Of a DNA stretch of 64,000 nt, positions 26,927 to 39,689 are shown in pieces (positions within the stretch are counted from its first letter, which is position 1; each line of letters begins with the position of its first letter). The DNA comes from Octopus vulgaris (lineage: Eukaryota): NCBI GenBank assembly GCA_951406725.2, contig OX597819.1:120280001-120344000 (forward strand). The letters run 5' to 3'. The position numbers were made by a program, and so were the translations under genes. The notes below the pieces were generated by a model. The model was not told the DNA's origin. It was given only the letters and a program-made list of their open reading frames with translations, and searched no databases.

Positions 26927-27150
26927 ATCTTCGCAAATCTACCATAAAGATAGGCACGACCACTGAAACCAGCTGAAGCAGGCTGTGTTTGATAAGAGAC
27001 TGCAGATGAAACCCTTTTTTCAGGCGATGGCTAATTCAGTCTGTATTGCCCACCTCAGGCAAAATGTACAGAATAAGGAGTAAAATGCTTGTGATTCAGA
27101 TCCCTGATGATGATACAGAAGAGTGACCGACTTTACGATAGGTTCTGAAG
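26927..27150 (+). mobile_element. Decayed Penelope-like fragment
   Basis: TSGKMYRIRSK..CDS resembles the region just before the PLE GIY-YIG; followed by a CTGATGA hammerhead-like motif. Confidence 0.45.
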
Positions 27151-28627
27151 GGTTTGCAAAACATCTGAGAAGTTCCTTCAGTTTCTGCGTAGGGAAAAGA
27201 ATCTTTGGTGTTTAGTCCGCATTTATTTTATCTTTAACAGTAATATACTGCGTTGATAAGGAACCATTCTCTATAGAAATGTGACTTTTAACTAGTGACA
27301 GAAAAATCAATATTAAAGATGTGCAGAAAATTTAGAACAAAATCGATATCACCAGCCGGAAAAGTTTTCGTGCTGTTCCGTCCATCATATTTTGCTTCGT
27401 GTGTATTCGTGTTGTATCGTATGTATTCGTATATATTCGTGTGGTCTCTGACCTCGATTTAGCTTCTCTTTTTTATATTTTCGTAAAGTTCCTGATCTGC
27501 ATATTAGAATTTTTTAATGACATTCACCTGGCAATTACATAAACATAATTGTACATATACATACATACATACATACATACATACATACATACATACATAC
27601 ATACATACATACATACATACATACGTACGTACATGGTGGCTGCCCCCTCGTTATCGAGTATGGCCATTGCACGAAACTTAATCAATGTTGTTATCGTGCA
27701 ATGCCTGTGCAAGAAGATTTTTAAAGTGAGGAAAGGCTGTGCACTGAGTCAATCCCACTCACTAAGCAACAGCAGCCATAATCCGAAAAGAAGAACAAGT
27801 CAACATCATCGGTAACCACTCAGACGCAGGTTTTATGTCGGAGTTATCCCAGTTACCTGAGTTACCTTCTCCTAGAAGGATGCCCTAACAAAGGCTATGA
27901 GTCCTTCACTTCCAATGGTTTAACCGCGCGATCGGATATTCAGTCCGATTATTTTCTATGTCCCCGCGCATGATACAGCCTTAAGCCTTAAGAAAAAAAA
28001 ATAGAGATTTATTGGATGACCGTTGATTCTCAATAGTTCCTCCGCCCTTTGACGGGTTTTGTCTTTCATCCCGCAGGGTATCCAATAAACATCCTCCTCA
28101 CCAAGCAAGCTGGTGGGTTTGCCAGTTGTGTTGCCGACGGCCCGAGCATGCAACAGGTTGTACTGGGTTACATGTTACCAGTAGCACTCGAAAGTGACCT
28201 GACACATACATACATACATACATGCATACATACATACATACATACATACATACATACATACATACATACATGCATACATGCATACAATACATACATGCAT
28301 GCATATGTGTATGTGTCTGTATTAACGTATATATATATGTAAATATGTATGTGTTTATGTATTCACATCTATTTCTCACGTCTGTATAGCCCAGCAAATA
28401 TATTAGTGTGTATGTATATGTGAGCATGTGAGTGTGTCTGTGTGTGCGTGTGTGTGCATATGCGTATGTGTACATGTGCATGTGTGTGTATGTCTATGTG
28501 TATGCGTATGCGTATGTTTGTGTGCTTGTGTATGTGTGTGTGTGGACTATGTGTGTGCCTGGATCTATGTGTTTTCCTCATCTGTACTTCACAATTTTTA
28601 AGGGTCATTCCCTTGGTACATACATGC

Positions 28628-28673
<46 letters not shown>

Positions 28674-28749
28674 ATAGATAGATGTATATATATGTAAGTA
28701 TGTGTGTGTATATATATATGTATTATGTATATGCATGTGTATGTATATA

Positions 28750-29041
28750 TCACGTGATCACGTGACCGACCAGACCATCAGATGCTGTTACACATCGCTG
28801 GTCACAATGCGTTCGCATTGTTTTAGCCTTCGAATGACGCCACCCCGCTGGCTAAGCGAGCAGACCAACAGAAGAAAGAGTGGGAGAAAGAGTGGTGAAA
28901 GAGTACAGCAGGGATCACCCTGCCAGACCTTTTTTAGGAGTTTTCGCTCAATAAACACACACAACGCCCGGTCTGGGAATCGAAACCGCGATCCTACGAC
29001 CGCGAATCCGCTACCCTAACCACTGGGCCATTGCGCCTCCA
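28750..29041 (-). mobile_element. SINE-B variant with alternative 3' tail
   Basis: Same head; tail ...CATCTGATGGTCTGGTCGGTCACGTGATCACGTGA. Confidence 0.85.
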
Positions 29042-29102
29042 CATGTATATATATATATATGTGTGTTTGTGTGTGTGTGTATTAGCCACTAAGCCTTTAC
29101 TA

Positions 29103-29184
<82 letters not shown>

Positions 29185-29330
29185 TTATTTCTGTGTTCCT
29201 TTCTGTTGAAGAGCGTAGGCTCGAAACGTAAAAACTGTCTCACTTGCCGAGCGTTAAACTAATACACCTGTCGTTTACAAATCTGTCTTGTCTTTTGTCG
29301 TGTTTTTTTTTTTGTAAATTCCAACTATAT
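29185..29330 (+). mobile_element. Penelope-like terminal remnant with hammerhead-like motif
   Basis: CTGTTGA-A-GAGC-GTAG-GCTC-GAAAC-GTA; ends in TA repeats; homologous to 38270-38420 (-). Confidence 0.6.
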
Positions 29331-29650
29331 ATATACATACATGCACACACACACATACACGCACTCAAACGCACATACACATGTACATACGTATGTTTAT
29401 ATGCATGTTTCTTTGTGATTATTTAATTAAATTTTTTTACAGAATTCAAACCGGTTTTTAACAAAGTAAAAAAAAATGACACTTTTGTATAAGTCAAAAC
29501 ACCTGAACTGATTGATGCATGCATATATGTCCGAATACTGTATGTATGTGTTTGTTTGTGGATGAACTTGAACTCTGGTAGTAAGATACACGTCACTCTA
29601 GGACACAAGTGTAGACTTTTCGTTACTGCTTATGTGTATTTATGTATGGA

Positions 29651-30026
29651 TGGAAGCACTACGTCGGTTACGACGACGAGGGTTCCGGTTGATCCGAATC
29701 AACGGAACAGCCTGCTCGTGAAATTAACGTGTAAGTGGCTGAGCACTCCACAGACACGTGTACCCTTAACGTAGTTCTCGGGGATATTCAGCGTGACACA
29801 GAGAGTGACAAGGCCGGCCCTTTGAAATACAGGTACAACAGAAACAGGAAGTAAGAGTGAGAGAAATTGTGGTGAAAGAGTACAGCAGGGATCACGACCA
29901 TCCCCTGCCGGAGCATCGTGGAGCTTTAGGTGTTTTCGCTCAATAAACACTCACAACGCCCGGTCTGGGAATCGAATCCTATGACCGCGAGTCCGCTGCC
30001 CTAACCACTGGGCCATTGCGCCTCCA
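29651..30026 (-). mobile_element. SINE-B
   Basis: Reverse complement of 4777-5168 with a small deletion in the head. Confidence 0.9.
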
Positions 30027-30820
30027 CTTATTTGTGTATATGTATTCCATATCGGTACATGATTGCGTGCATATGTTCCCCCAGGGACCTCAAATGGAGA
30101 ATCCCAGAAATGTTTTACAAATGTTTACTGTTCTTTCAATTGATTGTATCTAGAGAATGCTAATCAGTTAGTTCTGTTCCTTTTGCAGAACCCTTAAACC
30201 TTTCTAGGATTCTATTCCCGTCGATCCCAAGGTCATTTATCACTGGGCAAATGAGATGAAGAGACGCCACTGATATCCATATTCTTACCTGTTCGACAAT
30301 CATTTTCGTTTGACTATCAAAAATGAACACCTGTCCTGGCTAAATCCCTTTCCTACTTCCCGTGATAAATGACCTTATAAATGACGGGAATAGAATATAT
30401 TCCTCCAAAATCAGTGCAATACAGAAATGCTAGGACGTGATTAAAGATGATCTCCAGAGGCTCGACGTCAGAGGGGCTGGTTTGGGACCACCAGCGCTGG
30501 AGAGCACTGGTGTACCTTGTCGGATCTTGATGTCACAGATTTGACTTACATATAGTCGAAAAGCATCAACCTAAATAAATGTACGGCTGAAATTAGACTT
30601 ACTTTCATTTGCATCTCTTATCATGTAGCTTTTTTTACTTCCTTAAGATTGCCAATGAGGTGTTCACAGTCAGGATAAAATGTATTACACACAAGCATTG
30701 GCCCTAAAATATTCCTGTTAATATCCTGATTTTGTTACTGACTATAGTGATGGCTTCATTTCTTATCGATAGCTTTGTGAACCATGTTATCAACCTCTTA
30801 ATGGCATTGACTATAACGAA

Positions 30821-31043
30821 AGGCGGCGAGCTGGCAGAAACGTTAGCACGCCGGGCGAAATGCTTTGCGGTAATTCGTCTGCCGTTACATTCTGAGTTCA
30901 AATTCTGCCGAGGTCGACTTTGCCTTTCATCCTTTCGGGGTCGATTAAATAAGTACCAGTTACGCACTGGGGTCGATACAATCGACTTTATCCGTTTGTT
31001 TGTCCTCTCTGTGTTTAGCCCCTTGTGGGTAGTAAAGAAATAG
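30821..31043 (+). mobile_element. SINE-A monomer
   Basis: Complete head-body-tail. Confidence 0.9.
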
Positions 31044-31224
31044 GTATGACCTTTCATACTGCGATACATCCCTTGTGGATTATTAGCAAACTTGTGACTG
31101 ATGGCTATTCGCTTCAGTTTGATTTTTTTATATATGTATATAACAAAATTGTTCACTTACCACCCGTAGCTCGCTAGTGTGCTTTGCCCGCTAGTGTGTT
31201 TTGTCGACTGTTCCCAGATACATT

Positions 31225-31429
31225 GTCCCCAAATTCCTACGCAACCGCTGAGCCTGGATGCGCATTCATCCATCCGTCGATGCTCTCGATGTCGGGGGTG
31301 ACCTTCTTTCTCTTCTGCGGGTCTTACGAATAGCAAAGGACCACGTTTCGGACTTCTCCTACTACAGAAGCGCGATCTTGCGAGCTCTGGGATGAAGACC
31401 GCTTCGCTCAACAGCAACAGCAACAGCAA
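31225..31429 (+). mobile_element. Short retro-insertion with (AACAGC)n tail
   Basis: 11-bp TSD CCAGATACATT on both sides; GC-rich body. Confidence 0.75.
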
Positions 31430-31786
31430 CCAGATACATTAAATAAGCCAAAATAAAAATTGCAGCTGATGGTTCGTGAATTTATTATTAACATTGCACT
31501 TAATAATATCTCGCTATCCAATAATTTCCTGACTCTATCAATAAGTGTCTGGAGGGAGATAATCTATTTTGGTTGTTTTTTTACTCGCTGCGATCGATCT
31601 CTGTTAGTCCCATCTGTAGCCGAATTGTAATCGTAAAACAATATAGCTGAACATTCACTCTCCAAAATGTTAGGATCTTCAATCTCTGCTAATAGGCTTT
31701 TTTGCTGTTTGGTCCATTGCGGATAGCTTTAGGTCGGTCAGTCGGTTTTCTATCGATCCGTGTGATCTGTGTTCTCTCATGTAATC

Positions 31787-32263
31787 TATTTCTTTACTAC
31801 CCACAAGGGGCTAAACACAGAGGGGACAAACAAGGACAGACAAACGGATTAAGTCGATTATATCGACCCCAGTGCGTAACTGGTACTTATTTAATCGACC
31901 CCTAAAGGATGAAAGGCAAAGTCGACCTCGGCGGAATTTGAACTCAGAACGTAACGGCAGACGAAATACCGATTTCTTTACTACCCACAAGGGGATAAAC
32001 ACAGAGAGAACATAAAGACAGACGAAATACCTGTTTTTTTATTACCCACAAGGGGCTAAACATAGAGGGGACAAACAAGGACAGACATAGGTATTAATTC
32101 GATTACATCGACCCCAGTGCGTAACTGATACTTAATTTATCGACCCCGAAAGGATGAAAAGCAAAGTCGACCTCGGTGGAATTTGAACTCAGACCGTAAC
32201 GGCAGACGAAATACTGCTGAGCATTTCGCCCGGCGTACTAACGATTCTGCCAGCTCGCCGCCT
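31787..32263 (-). mobile_element. SINE-A trimer (middle unit internally deleted)
   Basis: TSD TCTCTCATGTAATC; one head, three tails. Confidence 0.9.
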
Positions 32264-32514
32264 TCTCTCATGTAATCGTTTGTTAAAGTAGATGGTGAAG
32301 GCTTGTTAGAATTTTAAGCATCCTTTCTGCTGTTTGTACTCTTCACTCAATATTTCTGTTGGTTCCTTATCGGTCACGGCACGCTCGAGTAACGGTAGCA
32401 TGTTCGTTTCAGTTTGCCTTGCTCGTGATCCGCGTTGTTTACCATTTTCTCAGAAGAAGAATTCACCGGCCCCAATATTTGCTGTGCAGATAACATCTAA
32501 TTTTTTCCCAACAA

Positions 32515-32741
32515 GGGCGGCGAGCTGGCAGAAACGTTAGCACGCCGGGCGAAAAGCGTAGCCGTATTTCGTCTGCCGTTACGTTCTGAGTTCTAATTCC
32601 GCCAAGGTCGACTTTGCCTTTCATCCTTTCGGGGTCGATAAATTAAGTAACAGTTACGCACTGGGGTCGATGTAATCAACTTAATCCGTTTGTCTGTCCT
32701 TGTTTGTCCCCTCTGTGTTTGACCCCTTGTGGGTAGTAAAA
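32515..32741 (+). mobile_element. SINE-A monomer
   Basis: TSD TTTTTTCCCAACAA. Confidence 0.9.
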
Positions 32742-32962
32742 ATTTTTTTTTCCCAACAATGGTTACCTGTTTTCACCATTATTGTATTACGCATGCGCAG
32801 AAGCGTTTGTTCGACTAGGTGCTGCTGGCTTAATTACGCACGACTCAAGTTAGGGAAGGGGTGCGCACACAAGGTTTAGGTTTTTCAGAGGTACAGCCCC
32901 CTAAAAGTAGTTCGGAATAGTTTAGATCCCAGTCAGTCTTCATCCTCTTCACATAACCTTAA

Positions 32963-33792
32963 GTTAATAGAGTTTCAGCATGCGATCCGTTGATCGAATT
33001 CCACCAAGTGGACTGCTACCGTAAATCCTCGAGTATAATCCGCATTTTTCCCCATAATTTAAAGGTCAAAATCCCTTGTGCGTACTATATACGAGGTCAA
33101 AAATGAAAAATATTTTCTAAGCAATGTCCGAGTCTTAATTAGCTGTCCGGCAATGTTTATTCAGACGCATTTTGTGATGTCGGGCGCGAAAATACCTTAA
33201 GCTAAGCCTGAAAGCAATGAAGTCATAAAAGAATCAGCCATAACTTGCAGCAAGCAACATTTATTAAAATTTAAATATTCAGAACACAGAATAACATGTA
33301 ACAAAAACAATTTGTAAACATATTTACATTCTCATATAACAGTTAAGAACATCACCATTATTGTATTACGCATGCACAGAAGTGTTTGTTCGACTAGGTG
33401 CTGCTGGCTTAATTACGCACGACTCAAGTTAGGGAAGGGGTGCGTATTATACACAATGTTTAGGTTTTTCAGGGGTACAACCCCCTAAAAATCCACTGCG
33501 TATTATACTCAAGGTCGGACTGTACTCGAGGATTTACGGTAATCGAATATTATCAGGAAGGTAGTTGATCGAATTTCATTACATGGTCGGTTGAATGGAT
33601 TTCATTTAGTGCGTATTTGATTAAATATCACCGAGTAGACAGTTGGGCAAATTCCATCACACGATCAGCTGATCGAATCCCATCGACTGGGCTGGAGATC
33701 GAATTTCATCAAACGGTCTGTTGATCAAATTTGACCAAGTGAGTTGTTGATTAGGTTTCGTCAAGCAACTAATTGACTAAATTTCGTCAACC
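32963..33792. repeat. Degenerate 26-bp minisatellite, 12 units, interrupted by a MITE
   Basis: Unit starts at 32963, 32989, 33015 (split), 33564, 33590, 33616, 33642, 33668, 33694, 33720, 33746, 33772; consensus begins GTTGATCGAATTTCATCAA. Confidence 0.8.
33019..33539. mobile_element. pogo/Tigger-type MITE
   Basis: TIR CCGTAAATCCTCGAGTA / TACTCGAGGATTTACGG; TA TSD. Confidence 0.88.
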
Positions 33793-34128
33793 ATACATAC
33801 ACACATGGGGTGGGGTGGGGGGGTCAATTTTTTTGTTTCCAGGTACCATCATTTTTAGATGCGAAGATCACTTCTTCAAAGAGCAGCAGCAACATCAGAG
33901 TGCGCAGCTGCGTGGAGAATCGCGACTGCCCCACCGCTTGTTGTCTTTCACAAAAACGGATATTGTAGAAGTGGCCCTATTTCCTTTTAACAGACAAACG
34001 CAGCAATGACAACAGCCACTTTAGAAAAAATCCCGTTGTTAGTTTCTAGTTCTAAGAAGACACTCACACACACACACACACAAGCACACTCACACATACA
34101 CACACACCTGCACACACATATGCAATAT

Positions 34129-34159
<31 letters not shown>

Positions 34160-34397
34160 CCATATATATAAGAGTAAATAATAGCTTTAATGGTTTTTTA
34201 AAAGCCAACAATTATTTACGGGTAGATTTCGGCATGTAAATATAACCATTAACGGTAGGAACTTTTATAAAAGTTCAATATATATATATATACACACACA
34301 CAGAGAAAGACAGAGAGGCAGACATACAGACACACACTGATGGACAAGCCGACAAACCGGTAGGCAGGCAGACCATCAGACATGCTGACAGGCAGAA

Positions 34398-34522
<125 letters not shown>

Positions 34523-34839
34523 TGTAGGAAGAGAGAAAGTGACAGTGTAGACGAACATATGAATAACCAACGCTAGACAAGCTCTCTGTGCGCCTGCGTT
34601 GGTGTGTGTTTGTCTACTTCAGTAGCATTACGACGTGGAATTCATGTAAAACGTTGGCTGTTTAAGAAAGACTTTCAACGTTTTGACATAACGGAAGTAT
34701 GTTTTTCTCGCTCAGATTGATGATGTCTGAGACGTAGCATCTTATCTGTCTCTACTTTATCGATTTGTCTGTCAGAATATTACCAGAGACCTTCATGTAA
34801 GAATAATCTTTTTAGTTCACTGATACGTATATAGACGTA

Positions 34840-36101
34840 TTGGGTTGGCAACTGAGTTCCCGCCGTTTTTTTTAATTTTGGAATCTATTTTTTTTTTCCA
34901 GAATTCTATTTTTGAATTATATTGGAATCTATTTTGTTTTTGGTTTTTTTTTTTTCTAGTTTATTTCTTTCTTTATTTTCAGATCATTAAAATGGAATGT
35001 TAATTTAAGAAAAACGGGTATTTTCGACACCCACTTCGTTTTGCTTTTAATCAAGGTTCTAAGGCCACAAAATCTGCTCGCGACATTTATGTTGTGCATG
35101 GAGAGGGTGCCACAGCTGAAAGAACCGCTCGTGATTGGTATACCAAGTTCAAAAATGGAAATTTTGATCTCAAAGACGCACCTCGTTCTGGCCACCCAGT
35201 TGAGTTCGATGAAGAGCGATTGAACCAACTTTTGCACGAAAATTTCTCTTGAAACGACAAGGGAACTGGCAGAGAAAATGGAATGCTCCCACACTGCTAT
35301 AGAGAAGCATCTTCACTTGATGGGAAAGGTTCAGAAGTATGGACCATGTGTTCCGCATGCTTTAAGTGACAACAACAAAAATCAATGAGCCACAATCTCC
35401 GCTGGTTTGCTTTCTCATCACCGCTCAACTCATGGACATAAGCAACGATTTCTTTACTGAATCGTTACTGGCGACGAAAAATGGTGCCTGTACATCAATA
35501 TGAAGCAGCGTGGGGAATGGCTTAGCCCCGGTAAATAAGCGACACCGTGCGTGAAACAAGATCATCATCCGCATAAAACGATGTCGTGCGTATGGTGGGA
35601 CTGGGAAGGGATTAGCTATACTGAATTGTTTGAACTGAACCAAACGGTCAACTCGGAACTCTATGTTCAACAGATGGAACGACTCAACACGGCTATTCAA
35701 GAGAAAAGACCTAATCGGCAGCATGGAGTTCTTCTGCTGCACGTCAACGCCCGCCTTCATATCACCAATATGATCAAGGAAGCCATTCAAACGCATGGCT
35801 GGGAAGTGCTACCACACCCTGATTTGGCACCAACAAATTTCCACCTCTTTCGATCTCTTTCAAATGTTATACACGGAGTTTCGTTCAATACTGATGCAGA
35901 ATTGAGAGCTTGGTTGGATCAATTTTTCAAGTCGAAATCGGGTGATTTCTACCAACGAGGTATTGAAAATCTTGTTGAACTTTGGGAAGAAGTTGTAAAC
36001 AACAAGGGTGAATACATTATTGATTAATTAGTCGTTATTTTTTATTAAACCTTTTAAAAATTTGAATTAAAAATAACGGCGGAAATTTAGTTGCGAACCC
36101 A
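34840..36101 (+). mobile_element. Full-length decayed mariner element
   Basis: TIR TTGGGTTGGCAACT...CCGCCGTT at both ends with TA; transposase ~34992-36027 with VPHAL, TGDEKW, H(V)NAR, PDLAPTNFHLF; stops and frameshifts. Confidence 0.95.
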
Positions 36102-36144
36102 TAACAAAGCGACATGCACACATATATACGTGTGCACCCACACA

Positions 36145-36539
36145 TCTATAATAATAGATGCAAAATTCTGTCTGTCCGTCTGGGACTCATGAATCTCAGT
36201 CTACCTTTACACTACATAGACATATTTTACCTTTTTGGAATCAGGATCCCAGAATTGAAAATCTGCCCTTAATTTGGTTTTTGAACATCGAGCATAGGGA
36301 TCAGGTCTGGATGAGGATTTGATATGTGCTAAGAGTTGAAACTTCAAATATTAAAAGAACTCAAAAATTTTTCAACTTACAAGTTTTTCATCTAAACTGA
36401 ATTTACAGTAATACCATATTGGTAGGGTACCCCTAAGGGCTTTATTAGTATTGCCCTCTTTAGCTTTGAGTCATAGGCTCAATTAGACATCCGCAGGAGC
36501 TAGTCCAATGGTCCACGCAGATTGCGGCTTTTAAGCTAG
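36145..36539 (+). mobile_element. Non-autonomous Helitron
   Basis: A|TCTATAATAATA...CTGTCTGTCCGTC; 3' hairpin CGCAGATTGCG then CTAG|T. Confidence 0.7.
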
Positions 36540-36687
36540 TATATAATATTGTTTGTTCCTTCTCGAGTCATACCTGGCTCATAAGATTCGAACCCGTGAT
36601 CCCTCGACCGCGAGTCCGCTGCTCTAACCACTAGGTCATGTGCCCCCACTGTGCCTAGAGTAGAAAAGAATATTGTTAGAATCAGCA

Positions 36688-36949
36688 AGGCGGCGAGCTG
36701 GCAGAAACGTTAGGACGCCGGGCGAAATGCTTAGCGGTATTTCGTCTGCCGCTATGTTCTCAGTTCAAATTCCGCCGAGGGCGACTTTGCCTTTCATCCT
36801 TTCGGGGTCGATAAATTAAGTACCAGTTACGCACTGGGGTCGATATAATCGACTTAATCCGTCTGTCTGCCCTTGTTTGTCCCCTCTATGTTTAGCCCCT
36901 TGTGGGTAATAAAGAAGCAGGTATTTCGTCTGTCTTTACGTTGTGAGTT

Positions 36950-36952
<3 letters not shown>
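36688..36952 (+). mobile_element. SINE-A (monomer + start of second unit)
   Basis: Tail runs into GGTATTTCGTCTG of the next unit. Confidence 0.88.
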
Positions 36953-37011
<59 letters not shown>

Positions 37012-37020
37012 CATACATGC

Positions 37021-37074
<54 letters not shown>

Positions 37075-37080
37075 ATATAT

Positions 37081-37501
37081 AAATAAAAAATAAGGGTGAA
37101 AAAATTGGATATTAATTTAATAACATCAATTTAACACCAAGTGGTTTAGCGCATAAAAACTGGGATTCAGTAAATATTAATACACAAATATAAGAGAGAA
37201 TCCACTATGTGGACGCTCTTGCGCTAAAAATAGATCCGCAACTATGAACGTAAGCGAGCAGGACAAATGAAAACTAACAAAACTGTAGATTAACGCCATA
37301 CAATTGTTTCACTGTTAATAAATTATGCAATTTTACTTACACAATAAATCGACATTTTTGTTATTTTTTATTTGTCCTGCTCGCTTACGTTCATAGTTGT
37401 GCTAATTTTCCTTGGGAACAATTCTTGGTGGTTGAGACCATTGCGGATCTATTTTAAGCGCAAGAGCGTCCACATAGTGGATTCTCTCTTATATTTGTGT
37501 A
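37081..37501. mobile_element. (TA)n-embedded foldback element, Penelope-like
   Basis: ~37181-37285 is the reverse complement of ~37350-37501 (with a ~40-bp insert); start AATAAGGGT(G)AAAA shared with 8080. Confidence 0.55.
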
Positions 37502-37764
37502 TATATATATATATATATATATTATGTAATATGTATGTATGTATGTATGTGTTTGTGTGTCTGCGTTTGTCCCCCCACCATCACTTGACAACCGATGCTG
37601 GTGTATTTACGTCCCCGTAACCTTAGCGGTTCGGCAAAAAGAGACCGATAGAATAAGTACTAGGCTTACAAAGAATCAGTCGATCTGTTCGAATAAAGGC
37701 GGTACTCCAGCATGGCCGCAGTCAAATGACTGAAACAATTGAAAGATTAAAAGAAAGAATATGT

Positions 37765-37830
<66 letters not shown>

Positions 37831-38197
37831 GGGAGTAAATCCAAACTTACAGGGAAAAATTAGATTTGTGGTTTTACTTTCTATCTTATATTATACTTTT
37901 TATCTTCTATTAAACTCTTTAATACCTTTTGATAGTTATATATATTTAATTAAAAAATAAATAAATTAAAAATAAAAATAAAAATAAAAATAAAAATGAA
38001 TAAATATATATATATATATATAAAATTTATAAGTATAAATTAATAATTTTAGAATTTTTAACGTTAAATTTAAATAATTTAAAATTTGAATTTTTTATAT
38101 TTTATATATTTTGTATATTATATTAATTAATTTTATTTTTATGTTTTGGTTTATGTTTTCCACTGTTTGATTTGCCTAATAGTGGTTTTATCTCTAA

Positions 38198-38269
<72 letters not shown>

Positions 38270-38270
<1 letters not shown>

Positions 38271-38420
38271 CGGGAAGCTTTATGAAAATAAACAAAAGAC
38301 GAAGGCAGGTGGAATACAAACAAACAATTGTATTAGTATTACGCTCAGGAATATAAATAAAACAAGTCTTTTACGTTTCGAGCCTACGCTCTTCAACAGA
38401 AAGATACACAGAAAAAAAAC
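38270..38420 (-). mobile_element. Penelope-like terminal remnant with hammerhead-like motif
   Basis: Minus strand TCTTT-CTGTTGA-A-GAGC-GTAG-GCTC-GAAAC-GTA-AAAGA; ends in (TA)n. Confidence 0.65.
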
Positions 38421-39689
38421 ACGGAGAGAAACAAGGAGAGAAAAAAAATGCGTGCAAAAGCTAGCGAATCAACATAATTTTTCACTTATCTCAATTGCAT
38501 AAAATTGATAAGAGGAACAAGTTCAACAACAGCCACAAAAGTAAATAAACAATAGCACGAGCAGCTGCAACTGCAACAAAATCATCACCAGACAATCTAT
38601 CGGACGTGAGCTATCTTTTAGTGATAAAGCACACTATAAAAATAATTATTTCTGTGTGAACGTGCAGAATAATGAAGAGTCTGGGTCAATAATTAGAAAC
38701 AGCATATTGAGACGAGCGCTAATCTTTGAAATTAATATTTTGGAACGAGTTAATCTATATCCTCCCAACCTCTTCTCTTACTCTTCTCAGAGTTTCTTTG
38801 CCAATCAGCTTTTGTTTTCCTCTTATCTATTGCTTTATCTCTTTCTCTCTCTCTTTGTCTCTTCGTATTAGGATCACTATTTTACGCATTCCTTATTTTC
38901 TCCTATCGTGTCTCATCCCACAAGTTCCGCACTTGCCATTAAGCTAAGTTCTTCAACCTTGAACGTAGGCCTTCAGAAAATCTCTCCGCATTCATGCATT
39001 TCTTTTATCTATCACTTGTTGAAAAGAAAGTCCTTTCAACAAGTCGTTCATGTCGATGTCAACTTTCTCTAAAAGCCTGCGAAAGTAATGGGCACTGCCC
39101 ATTCCTGTGGATCAAACCGATAAAATAGAACAGGCCGAAGGTAATCCGAAGTAAATACTGATGAACATGAAATGCCTCGATTTATATTGAATGAACTACA
39201 ATTTCGAGAGATTTTTGTGGATCACTAAATATCCAAGATTTCGACCACAGCATCCCTCTTGGATCAAGGTTTAGCTGTGTCTAAGCAACAACAACAGCCT
39301 CAGCAACATCATAAAGAACCACAGAATTTGGAGGAAGCAGGTACCACTGTGTTGAGGTGAATTAGTACCATATTTAAGCATACTTTGATATGACCGAAAT
39401 CACAACATCCTTCTGAACGGGACTTTTATCGGTTGTAGGATTCAAAGCCAAGAATTTTGAGGGGAGGGGGTCAAGTTAATTATATTGACCTCAGTACTTG
39501 ACTGCTACTTCATTTTATCGGCTCCAAAAGGATGAAAAGCAAAATTAACGTACACAGCATTTGAACCCAGAACGTAAAGATCCAGAAAAAATGCGATCAA
39601 ACATTTTGTCCGACGCACTAACGATTCTGCAAGTTCACAGCTACATACATTGATATAAAAAAAATAATTTTAAATGCACACTTTCAAAG

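Noticed and set aside
32963-33792. CRISPR array
   Set aside because: Eukaryotic context, ~7-bp variable parts, degenerate repeats, no cas genes.
33843-34009. Possible exon after TTTTGTTTCCAG acceptor
   Set aside because: No recognisable protein or convincing donor site.
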